From Nitrospirales bacterium (GTDB lineage: Bacteria > Nitrospirota > Nitrospiria > Nitrospirales > UBA8639), in NCBI GenBank assembly GCA_965203295.1, contig CBDBCZ010000018.1, positions 1,152,001 to 1,216,000 of the forward strand: a stretch of DNA of 64,000 bases. The letters run 5' to 3'. Below are positions 43,457 through 56,557 of the stretch, in pieces. The notes beneath the pieces were generated by a model. The model searched no databases. It was not told the DNA's origin and was given only the letters and a program-made list of their open reading frames with translations. Made by a program: the position numbers and the translations under genes. Each line of letters opens with the position of its first letter. Positions within the stretch are counted from its first letter, which is position 1.

Positions 43457-46400
43457 AACCTCCTTACTAGAGTGGATCTCTCAGCTTGTTAACACCTAGG
43501 AGCCCTGGCCTCTATCCCCATGCCTCAGTGTAATATAGTTACCATATAGCCTGCATCATAGTTTGCATGAGACCAGTGCCCCTGCTGATGCCATGGTAAC
43601 TACTGATACACTGAGGGACACGAGTCCTGCCCAACCACTCCCCATCGTTTAATACACAGTGTCAATATGTGCAGCACTTACATGACTACACCCAGATACA
43701 CAGCAACTTCCATGGTTCTTTTCTTCTGTAGGCCTATCTCTTGCTTTACCCATTTATTTTCAGGCCCCTTAGTGTAGCTATATCAGCCTTGCTAGCCCTT
43801 GCATTATTTGCATATCAAGTAGCCTAAGTGAGGATGGCACTGTACCACAGTTTCACTGCCCAGGATGGTTGTGTATGCCTTTCAGACGTTCATGACACAA
43901 AGCCCAGCAGTTCTGAGTGCCCTGACATGACTTCTCCAGTTGCACTCTTGGTTAGAAGCCACTGTCTTGCACCACGTGGTACTAGGAATTTGCAATTTTT
44001 CAGTCCGCATACCAGCGCGCGTATCTCGGAGACTGCCTCCGGTACATATCCAGTTTTCGCATATTCTGTAGCCCTATTCCAGTGCTTTCGAATGGTACCA
44101 GTTTTGTGCAGCTCAGGGGGGGCGAACAAAAATGTACTAAGAAAAACCGCACCCCTCTCGCGCGAAGCACGATCGAACCGCCCGTACAAAACGGCTTCTG
44201 TAGGCCAAGCGGTAAGCGCCTGCAACTTGAGACGTGGGATGTAAATAGCAGAGGTATAGGCCTATAAAACCGCTGGCAAACCAGGCGCGTCCAGCTGCTG
44301 ACTTCGTGGTACTAGGTCTTGCAAACACACCGGAAGCTATAGTGCCGCTAATTAAACATTGGAATGCGCTTACGTTCTAACTTCCTGTTTTTTCAATAAT
44401 CCCCGTATACGTGTCACTTGCGGAACGACTGAGCACTTTTTGTTAAACTAACAGCTATCAACTCTTTCTCTATGGTGTAACCCACTATCAGCTGTTTCCT
44501 CTGCACTGTAATAGCTATCAAAATGTTTCCTCTAAGCTATAACAGCTAGCTATCACTGTTATTGTGCTATGACTGTTGTCGCAGCTAAATTTAAAGTAAA
44601 TCCCTTTTGATTCACATTTGGTGTTAGTTTCAGTCAACCAAAACAGCGCTATTGCTTGCGTAAGCTCCTGGTAAACTGGGTGTGCAAAACCATGCAAGTA
44701 TTATAACACCCTTGAGATTTCAATAAATTTGTTACACAATAGCTAGTACACCATGTAGTATTGTAGTCAACAATACTTATTCTGCCTCCTGTAGTTGCTG
44801 GTGTATGCTACAATGCAAGATGTGCTGACTGATTGGGATGGAACTGATATAGGGTATACCTGGGATGTACAAGGAGGAAATGATGCTTTGTTATCATTCA
44901 TTGTCATTGTAACCACACCGATTGCTGTAATTCTTTTTCTGGCATTATTCGCTACTTTACGCACTGTTTTGGATGACAACAATTCTTCTTCATTATTCCA
45001 TTTTTTGTATGGCTTAGAAGTTCCTGCTTTGGTTTTAATCGTTTTTGAGTTCCTCTCTTCTTTTTTCCTGCTAGCCGAGTGTCAGAACTTCTCATGCATT
45101 ATCAAATTCTGTTCAACAATAGCCGTTTTTATTTGTGGATACTTCTTTACCCTTTACGCCATTTATAAAACAAATCGGAACCAACATGGAATATGCATTA
45201 AATTTTTCAAATTTCTACACCAATTCTTTTTAAACTTTGTTTTCCTAAAGGCTCTTGTTGCTGTAACATCCATTAGCTTTATTCCACTAATTCTTCTGGT
45301 TATAGTTTATCCAGCTGAGATTCTTTGTACTCTTATCATTTATTTGTCTATCATTACTATGTCAGCAGTCATGCTATCACCACTCACAATAGCCAGTGTG
45401 GAGATTACTAAACAAGACTGGCGACATGGAGGTGCCGCCGTATGTGGCAGTTTACAGGATGTACAGACTCTGTGCAACAAGACATGGAAGACAGTTGTCA
45501 ATATGAAACACCTACTAATTGTACTAGCAGTCTTCTTTAATGTCTCTTTGGCAGCCATGCTTCTGTGTTTGCTTTACATGCAGGCCCTCTTGGCCGGGGC
45601 AACCAGTAACGTGGCGGTGAATTTTGTGCTGTTTATCATCACTGCTCTCATACCCGGTGGCCTGGTGTATGGAACTGGTAAAGCTGTCCAGAAAAGATTT
45701 TTTACTGGAGAAATGGTGTACGTCATAACCGATGAACAGTTAGGTGAATTCGTAGGTCCGTACACAGTAAAACACGAGGTTGATCCAGAAAGATGTATCA
45801 TTGAAGACGAAGATAAGAAAAATCGTGTTGTCAAGCTGAGTTCCCTGATGAAGCAGAAAGAACACGAGAAACTTACATCCACCCTGTCATCCTCGGTTTC
45901 AACTTCTGAGTCACCAGCAGCACGTGATGGCAGCCTGCAAGAACACACTTCTCCACCAGAACCTTCCACTCCTTCTCAACACTCATCACGGCCTAGCAGT
46001 CAGGCAGAGGTGCCAGTTATACTCGAGGATCGGCCTTCAAACGAAGGGATGACAGATGTTCACAGCCCACAGCAACAACAAGAAGATACGCCTTCCACAG
46101 GACCTTCCACTCCATCTTCACCACCAACGGAGCCTCATAGTCTACCCTGAGCCCATGTTCCACTTGAGGCACAGAGTTGTGCGATTGTTTAGATGCACAC
46201 TTAATGAATTGAGCTTTTGTTTGTGCCCGCTGCTTAATTTAGCTAATACATTTGAGTGATCCTATAGCCTGTATTGTAGCTTGTAGGTTTGGCTACTTAG
46301 ATAACAATACATGTATCCGTGGTTGGATTTGTGCTTCCCCTTTCACAATGTTCATTCTTATACTACCTGTCTTGAATGTCTTGCATGTAATCTGCATCCA

Positions 46401-46871
46401 TGCATGTACCCACCCCTACTGTTAATATGAGCTTTTCAAACACAATCTGTTGAAACAGCAGCTACTGCTTTTAGCAAGTACTCAGGAGGCAGCGCTATGC
46501 AGAGTCCATACACACACACGATTGTATAGAATACACACACACACATGCATGTCCATTCAGCTATATATACAGTGGACGGATTTGCATGAGGTTACATGTA
46601 GCATTATACGACAACCATGTGACGTGACCCAAGGACGATGACATGAACTAACTTGCTAATTTACATAATATTATACAGAAAAAGTGTCATACAATATAAT
46701 TTGACCAATGTCTGAGAAATTAAAACATAAGCGGGTGTACTTATGTACAATAAACAATATCATACACAACAGCCACATTATAACATGGCCACTATTGCTA
46801 ACATACATACATTCATTGGAAACAACAGTAATGGAATGATACAATATCAACTGCATTTTACGACATATCAA

Positions 46872-47483
46872 TCACTCAATTCTAAGGAGACCCTTGTATA
46901 CTGAACTACAAAAACTATTGTTCCAGCCACCAATAACTAGTAGTTCTGTTGGTGACAGCATAGCTGTAGTGCTCTCCATTTGAGGGGCCGGTAGATCACT
47001 GATGTGGATCCATGCATTGGTGGAGGGGGAGTAGACATGGACGGCAGATTGTGGTTTCAGTGGCATTGTATCAGTAGCGATTCCCCCGACTGCAAGAAGA
47101 GATTTATCAAATGTGGCTGCGGCTGGTCCATAGTGTGGGGTGTTGGAAAGAACCTCCCATGCTGAGTTGCTGGTACTGTCCCTGTCAGCGAATGCTTGGT
47201 TGGAAGAGCGCTCTCTCTTAGCTACCCCACCCAGGAGGTACCACCTGTTGTTGATAAGTAGTGATGACGGTCTCCGCCAGGGGAATGGGAGTGGCTCAGT
47301 CGTGTGCCACTGGGAGGTTTCTTCCCTGAAAACTTCAATAACTGAGGTGCGAGTATGTCTAGCATGTCCAGTGTTACCTCCGGCAACTGTCAGGGTAGAA
47401 CGGTGGTTTAGAACAGCTGGTGAATGTCTCGCTGCGGGCATATGTGAAATTGACTGCTTCCAACAGGTCTTCAAAATAGGTTG
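46872..47483 (-). pseudogene. Truncated Kelch-repeat exon paralogous to 52313-53269; open frame, so possibly an alternative last exon
   Basis: Lacks the first blades and has an in-frame deletion of about 18 aa; preceded by an in-frame phase-0 acceptor TTTCACAG|CAA at 47483. Confidence 0.7.
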
Positions 47484-48339
47484 CTGTGAAAGCAGATGGA
47501 ACTGAGCTATTGCGGACTACATAATAATTATGAGTTTTTAGGATGCACACTTATTTTGGAAGAAACAGCTGGGGATTGGCGACAGCAAACTGTTTAAGTA
47601 GAGCGACAGTTAGCTCCTAATTGTCACTAAACCTAACTGCCACATTGTAGATATCATTACATTTTGTGCATAAAGAAAATACATATCAATCACGTAACTG
47701 CTAGCTGCTGACCACATAGAGGAAACAGCTGCAATATAGCACAGTGTACAAACAGAAGATTATTCTTCACTGAACCAGCTATATATATATGCACAGCCAA
47801 AAGCAATAGCCGCAACCTGTGACTTTTGTTGATATACTATAGTCTACCATAATTATGTGTGCATTAGTGATACGTAAAGCTTGTCAGAAAGGAATTCTTC
47901 AAGAATGCAGAAAAAGTTATTAGTGTGCTAATTAACTGAATTTAAGTGCACAGGGTAACAAATTGTTTCATTAGCGTTATTATGAAATGATTCTCTAGCA
48001 GCAACCCTTAATTATTACTAAGTAGGCAGCTATATAGGGGTCAACATTGTGATATAGCTAGAGAAAGCAAGGTTTCGCGTATATCTAGGAGAGGGGAGAG
48101 TGTGACCACCCCGCCACACTGGCTTCTCAACAGAGAGTTTTCTAAGTGCAGTACAGAGCTTCACTCATTTCGTGGCCTTTCGTTATCAACTTTCAGGCCA
48201 GCTACGTGCTTACAATGGGCTCGACTGAAGGAAACCTGTACGGCCTATGGAATGCCCGCGACTACCTTAAGGGCCAGCCACTGTCGTGAGAACACCCTCA
48301 CCATCCCCTCATCATTTCAACCGTCTCTAAAACTGACCA

Positions 48340-48422
48340 CTACTGCAGTATATAGCCTCTACTGGGCCATGGCCACCCTCACCAGCACTGGGTATGGGGA
48401 ACTGTCTGCCACCAATGTGCAG
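48340..48422 (+). pseudogene. Isolated K+ channel pore fragment (CNG/EAG-like)
   Basis: YSLYWAMATLTSTGYGELSATN, a pore helix plus TxGYG filter; a more decayed copy lies at about 51810-51860. Confidence 0.7.
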
Positions 48423-49404
48423 TTTGGTCTCATTCCCAAGCACTCATACTACATACAACCCACTATGGTTAAATGGTTGTCTACGCTCTGGCACAAAAAC
48501 GTACAGTTATGTATTATAATCACCCAAACTAAACTCACGCTAAAAGTTTTGCATAGGTATGGGGTCGTTTACATTTAACTCTTTCCCAGCCTAGTTTTTA
48601 TACATCCATAAGGCTTATGTGAATTTATAATGGACTTTTTATATTAGGCATTCATATAATGTACATGCAAGTATTTTCTATTTCATATGGGCGCATAAAT
48701 GTGCCCATGGTGTTCAATAAGTTAAAAACATTCCCACATAGTTGCCCTAATAGTTGGTACCACTCTAGCTTGTGGTGTTTATACAAAATACACTGAGAAT
48801 CTGGAGCTCGTACAAGCTAAAGAATCCCCTCAGCTTGTGCTGATAGTTACTTGCTCATTCTGTTGTATCTGGGATGCCATTACAAGTACTAGTGAGAGTA
48901 ATTTCTGAGTCAAATTTTGAAACACTTCAAAGTGATCCCACTCCCTTGTTTACAGAGCCACTAAAGTTTAACATTTTTCTAGCTGTATATGTGCACAATT
49001 TCAGATAAATGTATATTATAAACCATGGCTTAATTTTTATGTAACTTGTGCCATATTTTTAATTTAAGCAGGCACAAATTCAAATGATGTATATTATAGT
49101 TTCATGTAAATTTCACAATAATATTATATTATCATATGCAATGTCATGCACTAGTATTCAGTTGAGATTGCTAGCAAAACCGACTACTTTAAATTTCTGT
49201 TCCACATTAATACACACCACACATGATACTCATTTGACACCAATATGATACTATAGTACAAAAACATATAAATTACATGATGTAGTCAATATGGCCAGAA
49301 TTGCTACATGAAAAAATATACACGAAACAGTTTAATTAGAAGTGATGAGCTATACACCACATATTAGTAAAAAAAAGGTACAGTATCAACTACAGTGTAC
49401 CAAT

Positions 49405-50296
49405 TATTTAATTCAATGTAACCTTTAAACACTTAACTTTCATAGTCATTAATTGCTCCAGCCACCGATAACTAGGAGTTCTGTTGGTGACAGCATTGCT
49501 GTGGTAGTCGCCACTCGGCGGGTTGGTAGATCACTGATGCGGATTCACGCACTGGTGCGGGGGGAATAGATGTGGATTGCAGATTGTGGGTTTGATGGGA
49601 ATATACTAATATTGTTTCCCCCCACTGCCTGGAGAGATGTACCATAGGTAGCTGTGGCTGTTCTATAGTGTGGGGTGTTGGGAAGAAACTCCCAATCTGA
49701 GTTGTTCGCACTGTCCCTGTCAATAGTTGCTTGGTCATGAGGGAGGGCCTTCTGGAGAATAAGTCAACATCAGCACACATTGTTCAGTTGGAACAGAACT
49801 CTTCCCCGACTCTCCCACTCAGGAGGTACCACTTGTTCTTGATGAGTACTGAGGAGGCATTTCACCAGGGGAATGGGAGTGGCTCAGTTGCGTGCTACTG
49901 GGAAGTGTCTTCTCTGAAAAGTTCAACAATTGAGGTGCGAGCACGTCCAGTTTCACAGCAACAGTCAGGGTGGAGTGGTGGCTTAGAACAGCCGGTGAAA
50001 TACGTGCTGTGGACATGGGTGGAATAGATGGGTTCCTATACTCTGGGTCACTTCATTAAACTCATACACTTCATTGATGACAACATTAGATTTCTTTATG
50101 CCACCAACTGTGACAAGTTTTCCCCTCATCGGGTCAAGCCCAAAATAGCTCATAATGCAAGCTGGCAGTGTGTTCCGTGTGTATTCTGATAGACTGTAGA
50201 AGAAGACACACTACACATCATCATCAGCAGCAACCCAATGCCACCGTAGACCCTGTCCCGGATAATAACAGTCTGTCATTTTGGTTAAATCTCTCC
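49405..50296 (-). pseudogene. Frameshifted Kelch-repeat exon copy
   Basis: Colinear with 52313-53230 at DNA level, with many indels. Confidence 0.85.
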
Positions 50297-50680
50297 TACC
50301 AAAGAGACTCCGATCACAACAAGTGATAATAAGGGTGGAGTATATATGCAGACAGCAAGAGTAGACCCCAATAGTTTGGTCAAAGTCCAGAAGTAACCTA
50401 AGTCAGGAAGAATCTCTAGAAAATCCACAAATGTACGTAATCCTAATGGAGATGAGTTATCAGCCTAATGAATGTGCTAAAGTGGTTTTCTACAGAATGA
50501 TTTATTCTGGGAATCGTGAATAGAAGAGGCAAAGCCCACCATAATATAACTCGTTTGCAAGGACTACAAAGTCCACCATAAAAATGTGAACACCGATTGA
50601 ATGTCAAGTAAGGTGTAGCACGTTTATCATGTTTAGGAGATGGGGGAGAGGCCTAATGAGAGAGTAATTCGCTACAGTTT

Positions 50681-50905
50681 GAATTGGCTGGGTCCTACTG
50701 GCAAGTGCTACTAGTGGGTTTAGTGGCATATAAAGCTTGCCTACTGCTCTTCCGCCAAGGGGCTCCAGTAGCTCAGTTGGTAAGAGCATCTGATTAGTAT
50801 TCAGAAGGTCCTGGGTTCAATCCCCAGCTGGGTCCCGCTTTTTTTGGGATTTCTTTACTCTCTCAGAAAGCTTAGCTATCATCTCTTGAAGAGTTTACAG
50901 TGCAT
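50681..50905 (+). mobile_element. Dispersed repeat containing a tRNA-like core (50761-50836, anticodon loop TTAGTAT)
   Basis: Cloverleaf-like with a mismatched acceptor stem, followed by a T-run; second copy at 33980-34197. Confidence 0.8.
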
Positions 50906-52312
50906 ACTGATCTGTGTCATCTGCCTCATAGGTCAAGATTGGTCTACCAGCTACCTTGTGGTGTGGCGCAAAAATCGTTACAGTGCTAAATATCACTGTA
51001 AAAAAGGATTGTCATATTGACCAGTGAGTTGTTGTTTGAATTTCAATCGAGTGAAATACAGCAAAGCTAAGGTGTGTGTGTGTCTTGGGATCAAGAATGT
51101 GGAAAATACGTCAGCGTGCTTTGCTAATGTGTTTCCACATTCTTGAAGCACTCTTTGAATGCAAATTTGGTACACATTAGAAATTGTATTAAACAAACTA
51201 ACCATTTATGCCAATAAGTGCAAGAAAAATAAGCCATCAGGAGTCAACTGCTATGTTCTTAACCCTAGGAAGAGTGCAAAATGATGCATTGAAGCGGAAC
51301 AGTAATCTCCTCTGCCAAGTCATTACGATCCTGATCCTTTAAAGCATGGTCTCAGCTAGAGTGATTTGGGATCAAAGAACACTATAAATAATAGTATTTA
51401 CAATAATATAATCACTTCATTGCAAGGGGAGCTTAGCCTGATTGTGGACCAACTCACAGTACTTGTGATCAATACTCTTTGCAAAGGCGCATCTGAAGCT
51501 GACTGTTGCAGCTGGAGTCATTTATGGACTGATTTTTTATGTCAATGTAGCTAGTGCTGCAAACTCACCCCTCCTCATCCGTCAGCCAAGTGTTCATAGC
51601 CCTGCTGAAATTGGACCTTGGGATTGAGACCTGCTTGTACTAGGTCATGAGCTGTAACAGTAAGACACGGCTGCAGTTCATATTCTGTATTTCTATGGAC
51701 TTCATTTTTTGATGTTATCAGTCACTTTTCTCACAAAATAGCAGTTCTACTTTGCAACAATCTTCTTATATACTGTTCACCACCTCACTCACTATATAAC
51801 TCTACTATTGCAGCAGTGTCTATGAACTGGGCTGTGGCCACCCTCACTACATGTAGCACCCACAAACATGGACTTCAGTCCCATACCCAAACACTCATGC
51901 TGGTTAAATAAACTACTACGTATGTTGAATAATTGTCCTTTGCATGGCAAATTTTACCATGGTACGTAGTTACATTAAGTATTAGTGGAGTACTTTCTAT
52001 TAACCGTACCACAACATTCCAAAGCAAACCCACTTGCTATTCTAGACACCGCGAGAAAATTTATATAAAACAATCTCACTTTACCAAATTCTAAACAATT
52101 ACAAATTTAATAGCACCTAGCTTGTACAAAACCTTATGCAGTGCATGATATAGTCCAATGTTTGAAAAAGGTTAACAATGATGCACACAGCTAATTAAAG
52201 TAAACTAATAAAAATGAGCTATACAATGCATATTGTAGTAGGTATTTACAAAAATAACAGCAATAGAAAAATGTAGTATCAACTACACGTATTCATGTAT
52301 GAGACAAACCAA

Positions 52313-55300
52313 TCACTCAAGCCGGAGGAGCCCCTTAAATACTAAATTCTGTCTGTCAACGTTCCGGCCACCAATAACTAGGAGCTCTGTTGGAGACAGC
52401 ATTGCTGTCGTAGTGTCCATTTGAGGGATGGGTAGATCACTGATGTGGATCCATGCATTGGTGCAGGGGGAGTAGACGTGGACTGCAATTACTCCATGCA
52501 TGTTTAGCGACCATTTGTGACTAGTGGTTCCCCCCACTGCAAGGAGAGATGTACCAAAAGTGGCTGCAGCTGCTCTATAGTATGGGGTTTTAGGAAGAAT
52601 CTCCCATGCTGACTTGATGGCACTGTTCCTGTCAGCAAACTCTTGGTCATGACGGAAGGCCTTCTGGAGAAGTAAATCAATGTGGGCATACACTGCTCGA
52701 TTGGAAAAGTCCTCTCCCTCAGCTGCTCCACCCAGGAGGTACCACCTGTTGTTGATGAGTAGTGAGGAGGGCTTCCACCATGGGAATGGGAGTGGCTCAG
52801 TCATGTGCCACTGGGAGGTTTCTTCTCTGAAAACTTCAACAATGGATGTGCGACCATATCCAGTATGCCCCCCGGCAACAGCCATGGTGGAGTGGTGGTT
52901 TAGAACAGCTGGTGAATACCGTGCTGTGGGCATAGGTGGAATTGACTGCTTCCAACTCTGAGTCATTTCATCGAACTCACACACTCTATTGGTGACCTCT
53001 TTAGATTTCTTTATGCCGCCGACAGTGGTGAGTTTTCCCCTCACCTGGCCGAGCCCAAAGCCACAAACATTGCAATCTGGTAGTGTCTTCCAGGTGTTTT
53101 CTGATGGACTGTAGCAGAAGACCCGGTATTCATCATCATCAGCAGCAGCACCACCACTTCCACAGTAGATCATGTCCCTGATAACAACAGTCTGTGCTGA
53201 AGTCATCTTCACAGGTAGATCTCTGCATGGCTCCCAGGTGATTTTGGCTTGTGGGTGTAAGGGGTGGGGCTGAGTGCAAAGAGAAAAATGGAATATTGTA
53301 TAATTTGTGTATGTTTTGATGTCACCATAATAAAGAGATCATACAGTTGAGCGATCTGAAGACTAGTAATATTTATACAGTTGCTCAATGCCAAAGGCCT
53401 AAATATTCACTTTCCCTGAAACACATTTGTAGCGAACATGAGGTAACTACCACTATATTATATGAAGTAAAGACAAGAATACAACAATCTATGCATAAAC
53501 AAACTTGAAACAGCATTCAGTCTGATATCCCAATATGAGTGCCCCTAACTACATATAAATGCTATGTACCTGTAACTCTTGTCCTAAGAGAAGCTCTGTT
53601 GCTTTCGTTAGCTGATCAGTGAGACCTCGGATGGTGGAAAACTGGCGCTTGAGGACAGCGTTTTTCTGAGCAAATGTTGCGTCTTTAGTGACTACAGCTG
53701 CTTCTTTGGCTGCAATCTCCACACTCATGGCTGCAATCAATTCGTTCTTTGCTGAAAGTTCCTGATTCAAAACGTGAACCTCCTGCTGTTTGGACTCAAT
53801 CTCACGAACTTTGGAAAGTATTGCCACCTGCAGCCTCCCATTTTCAGACATCGTCTTGGCTGCTTCTTCCTGATGAGCTAAAATCTCTGCTCGTTGGACT
53901 AAGATATCTCTGTCCTTTGACTGGATTTCCTTATCCTTGGACACAACTGTTGCTTGCAGATTCTGATTGACCTTCCTCACTCTCGTTAGTTCTGTTTCCA
54001 GAGCCTCAAGTTTGCTTCTGAAGGCTCTTCTCTCCTGCTCTCTAGCTTCAATCTGAGCCATACACTGCGCAAGGTGCACCTCATTCTCGAACTTCAGCCT
54101 TGTTTGGAAGGTCTCATTCTGAGATTCCAATTCACTCTGAAGGGCTTCAATGTGCCCTAGTTGCAATCGTATCTGCTCAATCTCCAACGAATGTACCTCT
54201 TTGAAACGTTCAATCTCTTCCTGGCGACGTTGAGCTAGCTCTTCCAGTCTCCGAATTTCTCTCCTCAGCTGTGTCTGTGACGTTGTGTTCTGAGACTTCA
54301 ATTCTGTTACCGCATTGCAAACCTGCTCTACTTCAGCTCGATGTGCTTCATTCTGAGCCCTCATCTCAGCTTCATGGATCTCTTTGTTAGCCCTCATCTC
54401 GGCTTTATGGATCTTATTCTGAGCCCTCATCTCGGCTTCATAAACCTCTTTCTGAGCCCTCATTTCGGCTTGATGTGACTCATTCTGAGCCCTCATCTCG
54501 GCTTGATGTGTCTCATTCTGAGTCCGCATCTCAGCTTCATTCTGAGCCCTCATCTCGGTGCGAATCTGCTCTACATCAGCTTCATGCTGTTGAATGAGTT
54601 CCTCTCTTTCCAGCTGGCTCTGTTCATACTCTGCTGTAAATGTCTCAATCTCTTCCCTCAAACTTCCCTTTTCAGTTGCATCAGCTCTGATTTGCTGGAG
54701 CATTTCAACTTGGTTAGGAAAGGCAGGTGGGTTGTGACGTGTCATTTGCTTCATTCGTTCAACCATCTGCGCAGCCGTGGCTCTCTGTCCTGGGTCATTG
54801 CTGACACACCTGAGGATCAGGTCCATCAGGGGGTGGGCATTACCGATATCTCGGAGGTACTCATCTCGACGTTCAGCCTCAGAGACTGCAAGTAGCTGAG
54901 CACGATTTTCAGGATTGACATAGGTGGGCTCACAGAGTGGCAGGGGCCACCTGCCACTGAGAACGTGGATCATCAGAACACCGTACGAGAACTGGTCGAT
55001 TCTTGCATCGTACCTCGGGTTTGCTCTCATTGCCTCAGGTGGCATGTAGGAGGGTGTGCCAGGGGTACAAGTCATGTGACTCATTTGCTGGGGGGTCAGA
55101 TTCAAAATCCTGGCCACCCCCAGATCCGAAATTTTGGCCGTCATGTTGGGGGTAAGGAGGACATTATTAGCCGATAGGTCTCGGTGCACGATGGGTGGAG
55201 TTTGGCTGTGAAGGTGGTACAAACCCAGGGCCACATTATAGAGTATGGAGTAGCTAACCTCCTTTGGAAGAACACCGTACGTATCGATACATCTGGCGAG

Positions 55301-56135
55301 GGTGGTCGGGAGGAACTCCATGACAAGGATCGGAACGCGAGAGCCCTCCTCAAAGTAGACACCTATGAACTGCACGATGTTTGGGTGCCGCATTTGGGCT
55401 AGCAGTCGGCACTCTACCTCAAAGCGACAGACGGTGTCCCCCACTCCTTGCTCATATAGGACAGGGTAGAGCTGCTTTCCTGCACACGCGAGCCCTCTGT
55501 ACTCGAGTCTCAGGACCACAGCGTATGATCCTCGGCCAAATTCTTCCTCAGTCAGTCGGACCCCATTGAGTCTGTACGATTCAAAGCCTGCAGTTGAGGC
55601 ACAGATAGACAAATTTGCTAACTGTTACATACCCTATTCAAATTAAAGGCTTATAGAATCTCTGTTATCGCATTGAAGCTGCAGTCATTTTTCAAGAAAT
55701 TGGTGAGGCTGCACACTGCAAAAATCAGAGGATGGTTTCAAACCAGCTGGGGTTATCTCAGTTGCAGTCTACAAAACAATGTGTACGTAAACAAGTAGAT
55801 AACTCTACCACCCTATTTCTCCAATTTTAGAACAAAGGAAAGATCCATTAGGACAATTATAGTAACACATATCCTGTTCCAGCTTGGCTTCCTGAGTAAA
55901 GTGATCTCACGTATAGATGCACATTCTCTGGTACTGGTGCTGCAACTGAGGTAGCCTTATGTGGGTTTAAACAAACCACATTATTGTTGCAGTCTGGTCT
56001 AAGCTATTAGCTACTCTCGCGTAGACTAGATAACGTTACGCGTAGACTCGAGCTGATAATATACCCTGCGTGACTGCACACCTTACTACAGTATACAGCT
56101 CATTTCAATTAGCTACCTGCAAAAGTTCCTGCCAT
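52313..56135 (-). CDS. Protein kinase (TKL-like) - coiled coil - Kelch beta-propeller protein, 3 exons, 997 aa
   Basis: Exons 56135-56117 (MAGTFA/G), 55587-53570, 53269-52313; GT-AG, phases 1 and 0, 2994 nt. Kinase motifs GRGSYA, AGK, HRDLSANN, SDLG, GTPSYMPPE; long E/Q/K/R-rich coiled coil; Kelch GG..Y..W repeats. Confidence 0.9.
54338..54560 (-). repeat. 33-bp coding tandem repeat (11-aa AEMRAQNExHx) in the coiled coil
   Basis: Six full units plus one 8-aa unit in the 53549-55612 translation. Confidence 0.9.
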
Positions 56136-56557
56136 CGTTTCTTTACCGCTCGAAAAAGATAATTGGACGATGGTGTTTATTCTCTGCAGAAGGGGTATCC
56201 GGTCGGTATACAACTCAGTTAAACTGTACTTGAGCAAAGGACTACCACTGCAATTGGTAAACTACAACGGTTCTTAAGCTTTCTGTAGTCCTAATTATAA
56301 TTGCTGCGTTACCCTACGTCAGTTTGATCGTAGATTATTTGATAAACGCATTATGATGTAATTAGTGCTACTCACGTGACCTTCGACGAATCAAACTCGA
56401 TCACATGACCGCGCGTTAAAATCGCTTAATGCACACTTAAGTGTGCACTAAGTTGTTAATGCACACTTAAGTGTGCATTAACAAAATTAGTGCACACTTT
56501 TCTAAATAACGCCCAACAGAACCGTGGCTGTCTCAGGTCAGTGAGTGAACTAAATAC

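Larger units (their letters stand above)
41675..44431. mobile_element. Foldback-type non-autonomous DNA transposon with inverted arms of about 750 bp
   Basis: 41675-about 42420 is the reverse complement of about 43690-44431; termini CAGTCGT(A/T)CCGCA; AGCA on both flanks (possible 4-bp TSD). Confidence 0.9.
40346..46150 (+). pseudogene. Two-exon gene for a signal-peptide plus multi-pass membrane protein, with a frameshift in exon 1
   Basis: Exon 1 40346-40823 (donor AGG|GTGAGT), exon 2 44795-46150 (acceptor CCTGTAG|TTG). Exon 2 encodes several hydrophobic segments and an S/P-rich tail. Exon 1 stops at 40729, but a shifted frame runs open to the donor (IELKLH..ILNAR|LLVYA). Confidence 0.7.

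Noticed and set aside
41655..44328. Mirrored ORF pairs (111 aa, 61 aa) as duplicated genes or a transposase
   Set aside because: They arise from the inverted arms of the foldback element and show no transposase motifs.
50761..50836. Functional tRNA-Thr(AGT) gene (and the copy at 34039-34114)
   Set aside because: Mismatched acceptor stem, different anticodons in the two copies and shared repeat flanks indicate a repeat-borne tRNA-like sequence; tRNAscan-SE would settle it.
53549..55612. 687-aa ORF as a complete single-exon gene
   Set aside because: It begins at TTG inside an intron and ends just past a splice donor; the real gene includes the micro-exon at 56117-56135 and the Kelch exon.
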